Assembly (NCBI GenBank): GCA_937139365.1
Contig: CAKZPT010000062.1
Location: forward strand, 5,422 to 69,421
Direction of reading: 5' to 3'
Source: an uncultured bacterium
GTDB taxonomy: Bacteria > Verrucomicrobiota > Kiritimatiellia > PWTM01
Length of the DNA stretch: 64,000 nt
Shown here: one piece after another, positions 19,392 to 28,400 of the stretch
Layout of the letters: every line of letters begins with the position of its first letter
Position numbering within the stretch: the first letter of the stretch is position 1
Made by a program: the position numbers and the translations under genes
The notes under the pieces: model-generated
The model's database searches: none
What the model saw: only the letters and a program-made list of their open reading frames with translations
What the model was told of the DNA's origin: nothing

Positions 19392-19871
19392 TCAGTCATC
19401 CGCCGGATGGCCGAGCCGGTCCAATGCCTCCCACGGCCCGGCATCTACGCCGCCGGCCGGGGGACAGCCGCAGGGGCCCTCGTTGAGGTCCCGGCCGCAC
19501 CGGGGGCACAGCCCCCTGCACGACTCCGCGCACAAGGGATGCAGCGGGATCCGCAGCCACAGCGCATCCCTCAGGTCGGGCGTCACGTCCACGTCCCGCT
19601 GGCCCTCGGCCGGCGAATATTCGCACAAGAATGCCGAATCTTCCACGAATGTCGAGAAGTTCCGGCCGCACCTCCGGCAATCCGCCCTCAGCGCGAGTCC
19701 GATCCGGCCGGCGACCACCAGCCGCGCGCCGACCCGGCGGGCGACCAGCCGGTAGCGGATGGCCCCGGCCGGCGTGCAGAGATCGGACGCCTTGAGGCCG
19801 AGGATCGCCGCATCTTCCTCCCCCTCAAAAAGGGATCCTTCGGCCGAAACACTGGAGACCTCAATGCGCAT
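19392..19871 (-). CDS. yceD: YceD/DUF177 family protein (large-subunit rRNA accumulation, commonly upstream of rpmF)
   Basis: Trimmed to the ATG at 19871. Paired Cys motifs CRRCGRNF and CPRCGRDLNEGPCGC in the conserved position. Confidence 0.75.
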   Translation of the reverse strand: MRIEVSSVSAEGSLFEGEEDAAILGLKASDLCTPAGAIRYRLVARRVGARLVVAGRIGLALRADCRRCGRNFSTFVEDSAFLCEYSPAEGQRDVDVTPDLRDALWLRIPLHPLCAESCRGLCPRCGRDLNEGPCGCPPAGGVDAGPWEALDRLGHPADD

Positions 19872-20379
19872 CCGACCGCCCCTCTCCCGTCGACCCGAGA
19901 GAGGCCGTCCGCCGCTGCAGCGCGGCCCACGCGGCGGGCGGCACGAAGCTCTGCGCGTCGCCGCCAAGCTCGGCGATCTGCCGCACGGTGCTGGAGCTGA
20001 CGTAGCTGAACTCCTCGCTGGGCATCAGAAACAACGTCTCGATGTCCGGCGCCAGCTTGCGGTTGGTCAGGGCCATCTGGAACTCGAACTCGAAGTCCGA
20101 AAAGGCCCGTAGCCCTCGCACGAGGACGCGCACCCCCCGCCGCCGCGCGTGCTCGACGAGGAGGCCGTCGAAGGGTTCCACCTCCACGTTCGGCAGGTGA
20201 GCCAGCGCCTCGCGGGCGATCGCGACGCGTTCGTCCACGTCGAACAGCGTCCGCTTCGGCGGATGCCGCGCCACGGCGAGGATCAACCGGGGGAAGATGC
20301 CAGCCGCCCGGCTAATGAGGTCCACGTGGCCAAGCGTGATCGGGTCGAAGGTTCCCGCGTACATCGCCGAAGGGTTCAT
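19861..20379 (-). CDS. coaD: Phosphopantetheine adenylyltransferase
   Basis: Trimmed to the ATG at 20379 (MNPSAMYAGTFDPITLGHVDLI). HxGH-type motif and the SSTVRQIA (ISSTxxR) motif. Confidence 0.9.
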   Translation of the reverse strand: MNPSAMYAGTFDPITLGHVDLISRAAGIFPRLILAVARHPPKRTLFDVDERVAIAREALAHLPNVEVEPFDGLLVEHARRRGVRVLVRGLRAFSDFEFEFQMALTNRKLAPDIETLFLMPSEEFSYVSSSTVRQIAELGGDAQSFVPPAAWAALQRRTASLGSTGEGRSDAH

Positions 20380-20408
20380 CGTTCGTCTCCGCCCGGGTCG
20401 TGGTCGAT

Positions 20409-20933
20409 TCAGAGCGCAAGCGGCGCGAACACCGCTCGCCCGCCCAGCCGTTCCCGACCGCGCAGGCCGCACAACTCCACCAAAAAATCGAACTCGACCA
20501 CGCGTCCGCCGAGCGCCTCCACCAGCCCGCCCGCGGCCGCCGCGGTGCCCCCCGTCGCCAGCAGGTCGTCGAAGACCACCACCCGCGCCCCTCTCGCAAC
20601 CGAATCCGCGTGGATTTCCAGCGAGGCCGAGCCGTATTCGAGCAAGTACTCCACCGACTGCGTCCTCCAGGGGAGTTTGCCCTTTTTCCGGATGGGGACC
20701 AGCGGCAGGCCCAGTTCGGCCGCGATGGCTCCGGCGAACAGGAAACCGCGGGCCTCGACGGCCGCGATCGCGTCCGCCCCTCCACGGCGATGCCGGTCGA
20801 CAAAAAGCCCCACCGCCGCGCGGAACAGCGCCGGATCGCCCAGAATCGGCGTCAGGTCCCGAAACAGGATCCCCGGTTTGGGAAAGTCCGGGACGTCGCG
20901 GATCGCACGCCGAAGCCGTTCAACGACGTCCAT
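20409..20933 (-). CDS. apt: Adenine phosphoribosyltransferase
   Basis: Trimmed to the ATG at 20933 ([31 protein letters not shown]), with VVVFDDLLATGGTAAA (PRPP-binding motif). Confidence 0.9.
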   Translation of the reverse strand: MDVVERLRRAIRDVPDFPKPGILFRDLTPILGDPALFRAAVGLFVDRHRRGGADAIAAVEARGFLFAGAIAAELGLPLVPIRKKGKLPWRTQSVEYLLEYGSASLEIHADSVARGARVVVFDDLLATGGTAAAAGGLVEALGGRVVEFDFLVELCGLRGRERLGGRAVFAPLAL

Positions 20934-22002
20934 GACCGCCCTTTCGCCGCCGACGGCCGGCGGCTCGCCGTTGACGCTTCGCCGAAACGGACCGCCGGCG
21001 CGGCGTCCCTGCCGTTTTCGCCGGCCGCCGCGCGGCGCGTTGTCGGGCCCGCCGCGGCCGGCGGGCAGTTTTGGCGTGGCGGGGAGCCATAGCCGTCGTG
21101 TTATCGCCGTCGGCCGACGGGGCCGCCGCGGCCGCCGCCATCTCCTCCGGCGCGAACGGCGCCTCCGGCGGCGGGTAGTTCGGCCGCGGGACTTTTTCCT
21201 CGAGCAGGTCCCGCAGCTTCGACAGGGCGCTGTTTTGGAGCTGCCGCACGCGCTCGCGGGTGATGCGAAACCGCTTGCCGACATCCTCGAGCGTCTCGAT
21301 GGGGGCGCCCTGCAGGCCGAAGCGGTATTTCAGAATCTCGCGCTCGCGCAGCGGCAGATAGCGCAGCAGCCGCGTTGCCTCGCTCTTCAACTGGGCGTCG
21401 TTGATCTCCTCGAACGGCGTGCGCGCGCGCTCGTCCCCGATGATGTCGCCGAACGTGCCGCCGTCGTCGTCGCCGATCGGCGCGTCGAGCGACGCGGGCC
21501 GAATGGCGACCGTCTGCCAGTGGCTGACGGTGGACTCTTCCACCCCCAGCTCCGCCGCCAGCTCGGCGTCGGTGGGGTCCCGCCCGAGTTCCTCCGAGAG
21601 CTTGCGCTCCGCCTTTCGCATCCGTGAAATCTTGTCCACCAGGTGGGCCGGCAGGCGGATCGTCTTGCTCTGGTTGGCCAGCGCCCGCTTGATCGCCTGT
21701 TTGATCCACCAAGCGGCGTAGGTGCTGAGCTTGCCGCCCTTTTTCGGGTCGAACCGCTCGACGGCCTTGACCAGCCCGATGTTGCCTTCGGAGATCAAAT
21801 CCAGCAGCGGCAGGCCGTACCGGGCGTAATCCTGCGCGATTTTGACCACCAGCCGGAGGTTGGCGGCGATCATCTGCTGGCGGGCCTCCCGGTCGCCACG
21901 CCGGATGCGCGCCGCCAGCTTGACCTCCTCCCTGGGGGTCAGCAGATCCACCTCGCCGATCTCCTGCAGATAGAGGCGGATCGTCTTGTCGCTTTCGCCC
22001 AT
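20920..22002 (-). CDS. RNA polymerase sigma factor, sigma-70 (RpoD/SigA) family, with an unusual Ala/Arg-rich C-terminal tail of about 95 aa
   Basis: Regions 1.2 to 4 are recognisable ([38 protein letters not shown], and the region-4 [30 protein letters not shown]). An extension rich in R, A and P follows. Start candidates are the ATG at 22002 (SD GGGAG upstream) or 22056. The stop overlaps apt by 14 nt. Confidence 0.85.
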   Translation of the reverse strand: MGESDKTIRLYLQEIGEVDLLTPREEVKLAARIRRGDREARQQMIAANLRLVVKIAQDYARYGLPLLDLISEGNIGLVKAVERFDPKKGGKLSTYAAWWIKQAIKRALANQSKTIRLPAHLVDKISRMRKAERKLSEELGRDPTDAELAAELGVEESTVSHWQTVAIRPASLDAPIGDDDGGTFGDIIGDERARTPFEEINDAQLKSEATRLLRYLPLREREILKYRFGLQGAPIETLEDVGKRFRITRERVRQLQNSALSKLRDLLEEKVPRPNYPPPEAPFAPEEMAAAAAAPSADGDNTTAMAPRHAKTARRPRRARQRAARRPAKTAGTPRRRSVSAKRQRRAAGRRRRKGGHGRR

Positions 22003-22143
22003 GATCTCGCCTGTCTCCCACCCCACGCGGCCGACCGCCGCCCCGGGAAGGCTCATGATGGCACATTCCGGACCCGTGCGGAAGGCGGATTTGCCTTATC
22101 CGCCCGACACCCCTACCATCGGCGGCCGTCCGATGCACCGGCG

Positions 22144-24318
22144 ATGACGCGCGAGTCCCCAACCATCCTGTTCGTCTGCACCGGCAACACCTGCCGCAGC
22201 CCGATGGCCGAAGCGCTGTTCCGCCTGCGGGCCGGACTCGGCAGCCGATGGCGGGCCGTCTCTGCCGGCGTCGCCGCCATGGGGGGCCTGCCCGCCACCC
22301 CGGAAAGCGTCGAGGTCGTTCGCGAAGCCGGCGGCGACCTCTCGGGCCACCGGACCCGCCGACTGACGGCCGAGCTGGTCGCGCAGGCCGACATCATCGT
22401 CGCGATGAGCCGCTCGCACGCCCGCCAGGTGGCCGACGCCTTTCCTGAGGCCGCCGGCCGCATCCGGCTGCTCTCCTCCTACCGGGTCGGCGGGGTCGAG
22501 CAGGACATCGCCGACCCCGTCGGCCAGTCTCTGTTTGTCTATCGGAAAATTCGGGACGAAATTGACAGCGCCATCGCCGACCTCCTGATCGAGCTGCATC
22601 GGCCGACACAGCCGGCGGAGGCGCCACGGAGGGCCACGATGAGGATCGCGATCGGTTCGGATCATGGCGGATGGGAGATGAAACGGCGGGCGGTCGAGTG
22701 GCTGACGGCCCGTGGGCACGAGGTGCTCGATCTGGGCCCGGAGACCGCCGAGCCGGTGGATTACCCCGACTACGCCGCGGAGGTCGCCCGGCGCGTCGCG
22801 TCGGGTGGCGCAGAGACGGGCATCGTGCTGTGCACCAGCGGCATCGGGGCCTCGATCGCGGCCAACAAGGTGCCGGGCGTGCGCGCAGCCCTCTGCCTGA
22901 CCCCCCACATGGCCGAAATGGCCCGCCGCCACAACAACGCCAACGTGCTGGCCCTCGGCGGCGAGACGGTTCCCGCCGACCAGCTCGGGCCCATTCTCGA
23001 GGCATGGCTGGGTGCGGGGTTCGAAGCGGGCCGCCACGAACGCCGCGTCGGAAAGATCGCGCGCATCGAGCGGGAGGAGGCCGCCATGGCCGCGCTGGCC
23101 GCCACCGATCCCGAGGTGGCCGCCGCCATCGCCGTCGAGGCCCGCCGGCAGACGGACAACCTCGAGCTGATCGCCTCGGAAAACTACACCAGCCCCGCCG
23201 TGCGCGAGGCGGTGGGGTCGGTCCTCACCAACAAGTACGCCGAGGGCTATCCGGGCCGGCGGTGGTACGGCGGCTGCGAGCACGTGGATGTCGTCGAGCG
23301 CCTGGCCATCGAGCGCGCCAAAGCCCTGTTCGGCGCCGAGCACGCCAACGTCCAACCCCACTCCGGCAGCACGGCCAACATGGCCGTCTATTTTGCCCTC
23401 CTCGAGCCCGGCGACACGCTAATGGCGATGAGCCTGGCCGACGGCGGCCATCTCACCCACGGCCACCCAATGAACTTCTCCGGCCGCTTCTTCCGCATTG
23501 TGCCCTACGGCGTCTCACGCGAGACGGAGCGGATCGACTACGACGCCCTTGAGCGGCTGGCCACCGAACACCGTCCGAAGATGATCTGCGCCGGCGCCAG
23601 CGCCTACCCGCGCATCATCGACTTCGAACGGCTGCGGGCCATCGCCGACTCGGTCGGCGCGCTGCTGATGGTGGACATGGCCCACATCGCCGGTCTGGTC
23701 GCCGGCGGCGCACATCCCAACCCCGTGCCGTGGTGCGACGTGGTCACGACCACCACCCACAAGACCCTGCGCGGCCCCCGGGCGGGGCTGATCCTCTGCC
23801 GCGAAAAGCACGCCGCCGCCATCGACAAACAGTGCTTCCCCGGCATCCAGGGCGGTCCCCTGATGCACGTGATCGCCGGCAAGGCCGTCTGCCTTCGGGA
23901 GGCCGCCGCGCCGGAGTTTCGCGACTACGCCGCCCGGATCGTCCGCAACGCCCAGGTGCTCGCCCGCGTCCTCGTCGAAGGGGGACTGCGCATCGTGTCG
24001 GGAGGCACCGACAACCACCTGATGTTGGTGGACGTCACCCCCTTCAAGCTTACCGGCAAGGACGCCGCCGCCGCCCTCGACCGCGCCTGCATCACGGTCA
24101 ACAAGAACGCGATCCCGTTCGACACGCGCAGCCCATTCGTCACCTCCGGCATCCGCATCGGCACCCCCGCCGTCACCACCCGCGGCATGGGCGAGGCGGA
24201 GATGGAGGTCATCGGCCGGTGCATCCTCGGGGTCCTTCGCGCTCCATCCGACGAGACCGCAATCGCGCGCGTCCGCGAGGAGGTCCTCGCCCTCACCCGC
24301 CGCTTCCCGGTGCCCTGA
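22144..24318 (+). CDS. In-frame fusion ORF: low-molecular-weight protein-tyrosine phosphatase (22144..about 22608), ribose-5-phosphate isomerase B (ATG 22639), and serine hydroxymethyltransferase GlyA (ATG 23086..24318)
   Basis: PTP: [19 protein letters not shown] (CX5R P-loop). RpiB: [22 protein letters not shown]...[21 protein letters not shown]. GlyA: [14 protein letters not shown]...[11 protein letters not shown]...[16 protein letters not shown]. There are no stop codons between the three modules. Each internal ATG has its own SD (GGAGG 9 nt and GGGAGGAGG 7 nt upstream). The track ORF 21643..24318 is a single 891-aa frame. Confidence 0.8.
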   Translation: MTRESPTILFVCTGNTCRSPMAEALFRLRAGLGSRWRAVSAGVAAMGGLPATPESVEVVREAGGDLSGHRTRRLTAELVAQADIIVAMSRSHARQVADAFPEAAGRIRLLSSYRVGGVEQDIADPVGQSLFVYRKIRDEIDSAIADLLIELHRPTQPAEAPRRATMRIAIGSDHGGWEMKRRAVEWLTARGHEVLDLGPETAEPVDYPDYAAEVARRVASGGAETGIVLCTSGIGASIAANKVPGVRAALCLTPHMAEMARRHNNANVLALGGETVPADQLGPILEAWLGAGFEAGRHERRVGKIARIEREEAAMAALAATDPEVAAAIAVEARRQTDNLELIASENYTSPAVREAVGSVLTNKYAEGYPGRRWYGGCEHVDVVERLAIERAKALFGAEHANVQPHSGSTANMAVYFALLEPGDTLMAMSLADGGHLTHGHPMNFSGRFFRIVPYGVSRETERIDYDALERLATEHRPKMICAGASAYPRIIDFERLRAIADSVGALLMVDMAHIAGLVAGGAHPNPVPWCDVVTTTTHKTLRGPRAGLILCREKHAAAIDKQCFPGIQGGPLMHVIAGKAVCLREAAAPEFRDYAARIVRNAQVLARVLVEGGLRIVSGGTDNHLMLVDVTPFKLTGKDAAAALDRACITVNKNAIPFDTRSPFVTSGIRIGTPAVTTRGMGEAEMEVIGRCILGVLRAPSDETAIARVREEVLALTRRFPVP

Positions 24319-24686
24319 GCGCCGGTCCCGGCATCGTGAAGGCCGCCGGCGCCCGATCGCCGAGTCCGGCACCGCCGGAGTTCCAACCCTTGGACAAACG
24401 GCCACCGGCGGGTTCCAAGGTTTGGACAGTATGCCGTCTGTAGGTGCCCATGGTTGGACACGCCGGCGGCTCGCCACTGCCGGCATCGTCAGGAACTCGG
24501 AGCAGAAGGCCACGGAGGCGGCTGCGCGCAGCCCCTCCGCCCGGGGAGCACGAGCCATCTTCCCATCGGGCCCGGGCGCGTCGCCTACCGGCGGCACACG
24601 GGCCGGCTGGCCACCGGCGCCGCCGTCGGTTAACCTGCCGGCGCGCCCGCCGACGGGGTTGGGTGCCACGTTTGAAAGGGGGTCGC

Positions 24687-25947
24687 ATGAAAGCGCGGAG
24701 TGTCGCGGCCTGGGCGGTGGCCTGGGCGGCGGCATGGAGTGGGGCGCGGGAGGAGACGGCCGCCCGATGGCCGTGATGGCGCGGCCCGGCGGACAACGCG
24801 GTCGTCGCGCAGGACCTGCCGATCCATTGGAGCGCCGATTCGAACGTCACATGGAGCGCGGCTCTGCCCGGCCGCGGCGCCTCGACGCCGGTCGTGTGGG
24901 ACGGTCGCATCGTGCTCACGCGCCGGTGGAGGGCCACGATGGCGTGCTGGCGTTCGACCTGGCGGGCCGTGAGCTTTGGCGGCGGACGTTCGGACCCGCC
25001 CGCCGCGCCACCGGTCGGCCTCCAGTTGCAACCCCTCGCCGGTCACCGACGGCCGCCTCGTCTGGGTGTATTTCAAGAGCGGTACGCTGGCAGCCCTCAC
25101 GTTGGACGGCACAACGGTGTGGGCCCGTTCGGTCGAGGAGGAGTTCGGGCCTGACCATCTGGTTTGGGACGTCGGCACCTCGCCGGTGCTGACCTCCAAC
25201 CACGTGGTGCTCTCGGTGATGAACGGGCCGGCGTCCCACCTGGCCGCGTGGGACCGGGCGACGGGTCGGCTTGCCTGGCGGGTGCCGCGGGCCTGGCCCT
25301 GTGCATACGAGGCCGATCAGGGATACACGACGCCGATGGTTCTATCCCACCGCGGCCGTGAGGCCGTGCTGGTCTGGAACGCGGAACACGTGACGTTGCA
25401 CGACGCGCGGGACGGCTCGGTGATCTGGGACTGCGGCGGGCTGAACCCCGAAGGCCGCAGCAACTGGCCGCCGGTCGCATCGCCGGCGCTGGCCGACGGC
25501 ATGATCCTGGTGCCCTACGGACGCGGCCAGCGCCTGTTCGGCCTGGCGCTCGAAGGCGAGGGCGACGTCACCGCCACCGCGCACCGGTGGATGCGATCCG
25601 ACACCGGCAGCTACGTCCCCACGCCGCTGGTCTGGCGCGGCCGGCTGATCCTGCTGCGCGATCGGCACGAAGCCGAATGCATCGAGCCGGCGACCGGCCG
25701 CACGCTGTGGACCGGCCGGCTCGAGCGCAGCCCAACGCCCTTCTACGCCTCGCCGTTGATCGCGGCCGATCGCCTCTACGCGGTGCGCGAGGACGGCATG
25801 GTGTTCGTCGCGGCGTTGGACCCGGAGTTTCGGGTGCTGGCCCGGAACGCGATGGGCGAGCCGATCTGGGCCTCGCCGGTGCCCCTCGGGCGCCGCCTGT
25901 TGCTGCGCGGCGAGCGGCATCTATTCTGCATCGGGCCGCCGATCTGA
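24687..25947 (+). pseudogene. PQQ-like beta-propeller repeat protein (secreted): in-frame TGA after the signal peptide plus two frameshifts
   Basis: Signal peptide MKARSVAAWAVAWAAAWSGA, then TGA at 24774. The coding signal then hops frame 0 (WSADSNVTWSAALPGRGASTPVVWDGRIVLT), frame 2 (EGHDGVLAFDLAGRELWRRTFGP) and frame 1 (ORF 24976..25947: SPVTDGRLVWVYFKSGTLAALTLDGTTVWARS...). These are typical PQQ/BamB-like blades. The frame switches lie near C-runs at about 24900 and about 25000. Confidence 0.6.
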
Positions 25948-26403
25948 GCGGTGGGCCTGCGGGATCGGGGCGCCAGCGGCGCGCCCCCGCGCCCGCTCGT
26001 CCAGGTCGGCCAGCGTGAAGCGCACGCTTCGAATGTACGGGGGGCGGCCCGCATCCCATGTCCCGTAGGTCGTGACGACGATCGTGCCGTCGGGCAGAAC
26101 CTCGACGCCGGGGTAGGTCGTGTCCCACCCGCGTCGGTTGTCCAGCAGCCGGATATAGTACTGGCCGGGCCGGCCGAGGACGAGGTCGTCCCACGAGCCC
26201 GCCCATGCGACGCAGTCGCCCTCGAACGGACTGCCGACGCCGGCCTTGTCGACGTCCTCGTCCACGCCGAACGGCCGTCCGCGCGCGTCCGCCGGCGTGA
26301 CGGCGCGGAACACACAGACCACCCGTCCGTCCGGCGCGCGGCGCGCGCTTGGCCGGACATGTACGGCGCTGCGGCCCGCTGTGCAGGAGTGGCGCGCAGG
26401 CAT
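25921..26403 (-). pseudogene. C-terminal fragment of a BNR/sialidase-like beta-propeller protein (N-terminus missing)
   Basis: ...GDCVAWAGSWDDLVLGRPGQYYIRLLDNRRGWDTTYPGVEVLPDGTIVVTTYGTWDAGRPPYIRSVRFTLADLDE resembles the last blade and C-terminus of exo-sialidase-like proteins. No upstream body. It butts against tRNA-Lys. The track ORF start is probably artefactual. Confidence 0.4.
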
Positions 26404-26446
26404 TTGACCGCGCGCCCCGCCATCCGTACGATGAGCGTCTGGCGGC

Positions 26447-26522
26447 GGGCCGGTAGCTCAGTCGGCAGAGCACGACACTTTTAATGTTGGGGTCGCGGGT
26501 TCGATTCCCGCCCGGCTCACCA
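26447..26522 (+). tRNA. tRNA-Lys (anticodon TTT)
   Basis: GGGCCGGTAGCTCAGTCGGCAGAGCACGACACTTTTAATGTTGGGGTCGCGGGTTCGATTCCCGCCCGGCTCACCA. Acceptor GGGCCGG/CCGGCTC, anticodon loop CTTTTAA, T-loop TTCGATT. The CCA end is encoded. Confidence 0.9.
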
Positions 26523-26566
26523 GAACGTCCCGGAGCGTTCCCCCGCCCCATCCCAGGAAATGCCAG

Positions 26567-27550
26567 GTGCCGGGCCGACACCCAATCCGCAGCGTGTTCG
26601 AGCTGGCCGCCACCCGCGCCGCCCGGGTCGTCGTCCCCGGTCTGCCGCGGTCGGCCGTGGTGCGGATGGCGCACGCCTTGGGCCGCGCCGCGGCGGCCAC
26701 GCCCTCGCATGTCCGGCGGGTCGCCCTGGCCAACCTGCGCCTGGCGTTCGGGGATGGCATGACGGCCGCAGAGCGGCAGGCGACGGTCCGAACCTCGTTC
26801 CAGAGTTTCGCGCTGGCGCTGTTGGACGTGCTCTGGTTCAGCCGCAATCCCTTCGAACGCCTGGCCCGTCACGTCCGGTGGGACCCTGCCGTGCTGGACC
26901 TCCTGCGCGCCCCCGGCCCGCAGGTGCTGCTGACCGGCCACGTCGGCAACTGGGAGACGCTGGGCCAGTCGCTGGCCGCCACCGGCGTGCCGCTGATGAG
27001 CGTGGCCGCGCCGTTGGCCAATCCGGCGGTGGACCGCCTTCTGCTCGAGATGCGCCGCGCCTCGGGCCAGGTCATCGTGGCCCAGCGGGGCGCCGTACTG
27101 CGCCTGATCCGCCACCTGCGCGCCGGCGGCAAGGTCGCGATGCTCCTGGACCAGAACGTGAAACCGGAGGAGGGCGGGGTGTTCGTGCCCTTCTTCGGCC
27201 TGCCGGTGCCCGTCTCCGCCGCCGCCGCCGCCCTGGCGTTGCGGCTGCGGTGCCCGCTTCGATCGGCGCATCTGCTGGCCGACGAGGCCGGGGACTACCA
27301 AGTGGTCGGTTTTCTTTCGCTCGAGCCCGTGGATGCGTCCGCGCCCGGCGCTGTCGAGACGCTCACCGCCCGCCTCACCGCCCACTGCGAGTCCGTGGTC
27401 CGGAGCCATCCCGGCCACTGGCTGTGGAGCTACAAGCGATGGAAGCATGTCCCGCCCGGCGAGGATCCCCGCCGGTTCCCCTTCTACGCAAAACCCTATG
27501 TCCCTCCTGCATTACACCGGACTCCGATCCGGGACGCTTCTCCTGTTTGA
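26567..27550 (+). CDS. Lipid A biosynthesis lauroyl/myristoyl (LpxL/HtrB/MsbB-family) acyltransferase
   Basis: LLTGHVGNWE (HX4D-type LPLAT motif in the HtrB variant), KVAMLLDQN and FFGLPVPVSAAAAALALR; 327 aa. Confidence 0.75.
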   Translation: MPGRHPIRSVFELAATRAARVVVPGLPRSAVVRMAHALGRAAAATPSHVRRVALANLRLAFGDGMTAAERQATVRTSFQSFALALLDVLWFSRNPFERLARHVRWDPAVLDLLRAPGPQVLLTGHVGNWETLGQSLAATGVPLMSVAAPLANPAVDRLLLEMRRASGQVIVAQRGAVLRLIRHLRAGGKVAMLLDQNVKPEEGGVFVPFFGLPVPVSAAAAALALRLRCPLRSAHLLADEAGDYQVVGFLSLEPVDASAPGAVETLTARLTAHCESVVRSHPGHWLWSYKRWKHVPPGEDPRRFPFYAKPYVPPALHRTPIRDASPV

Positions 27551-27596
27551 AGACGCGTCGGGCCCGACGTAGAGTCCGTGTGACCCGGCATCGCCG

Positions 27597-28349
27597 ATGA
27601 GGTTTCTTCTCTACAACATCCGCTACGGCACCGGCGGCGTCCCGGGGCGGGGCCCCTTTCAGTTTTTCCGCACCACCGGCCGCCATCTCGAACGGATCGT
27701 GGAGTTCATCCGCGAGGTCAACCCCGACGTCGCCGGCCTGGTCGAGGTGGACGCCGGATCGTACCGGTCGTTCCGTCGAAACCAGGCCCACGTGATCGCC
27801 GAACGCCTGGGCCATCATCACGCCTATTGCTCGAAGTATGCCGTCGGTTCGCTCACCTCCCGTCTTCCCATCCTAAGCAAGCAGGGCAACGCCTTCGTGG
27901 TCCGCGACAGCCGCCGCAGCGTTCGCGCCCACTACTTCCGGCGGGGCGTCAAGCGGATGGTGCTCGAACTCGAGCTGTCCGAGGTGGTGTTCTTTCTCGT
28001 CCACCTCGCGCTGCGCGGGCACGTCCGCACCCACCAGCTCGAAGACCTCTACCACCTCATCCGCCACGTGCGGAAACCGATGATCGTCGCCGGCGACTTC
28101 AACGCGTTCTGGGGGCCTCAGGAGATCGCGTTGTTCCGCGCAGCGCTCGAACTCAAAAGCGCTGACGCCCTGGACCGGCCCACCTGGCCCAGTTGGCAGC
28201 CGCACCGCCAACTCGATTTCATCCTCCACAGCGCCGGCATCGTCGTGGACCGGCTCGAGGTGCCGAATGTGCTGCTCTCCGACCACCTCCCCGTGATCTG
28301 TGATTTTCACCTCCAGCCTGGCCGCCACACGCCCCACAAACACGCCTGA
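27597..28349 (+). CDS. Endonuclease/exonuclease/phosphatase (EEP) family protein
   Basis: MRFLLYNIRYGTGG...VAGLVEVD, IVAGDFNAF and LDFILHS...SDHLPVICDF are EEP catalytic motifs. Confidence 0.8.
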   Translation: MRFLLYNIRYGTGGVPGRGPFQFFRTTGRHLERIVEFIREVNPDVAGLVEVDAGSYRSFRRNQAHVIAERLGHHHAYCSKYAVGSLTSRLPILSKQGNAFVVRDSRRSVRAHYFRRGVKRMVLELELSEVVFFLVHLALRGHVRTHQLEDLYHLIRHVRKPMIVAGDFNAFWGPQEIALFRAALELKSADALDRPTWPSWQPHRQLDFILHSAGIVVDRLEVPNVLLSDHLPVICDFHLQPGRHTPHKHA

Positions 28350-28400
28350 CCCCTTTTCCTGGGCCCTCTTGCCGTCCCCACCCATCCTCGTTCAGCCGCT

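Noticed and set aside
22144-24318. Possibility that the PTP-RpiB-GlyA fusion is purely an assembly artefact
   Set aside because: Not dismissed outright, but judged less likely. Two independent in-frame junctions with clean linker-length spacing would each require a missed stop, and the flanking housekeeping genes show no errors. Kept as a finding with a read-level check proposed.
24774-24776. In-frame TGA after the PQQ-protein signal peptide as a possible selenocysteine codon
   Set aside because: No SECIS-like hairpin is evident downstream. The same gene also carries two frameshifts, and the position (WP*WRGP) is not a redox motif. Simple inactivation is more parsimonious.
25568-27448. 626-aa minus-strand ORF
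   Set aside because: Antisense to the LpxL-type acyltransferase, and it spans tRNA-Lys. Extremely Arg/Gly/Pro-rich.
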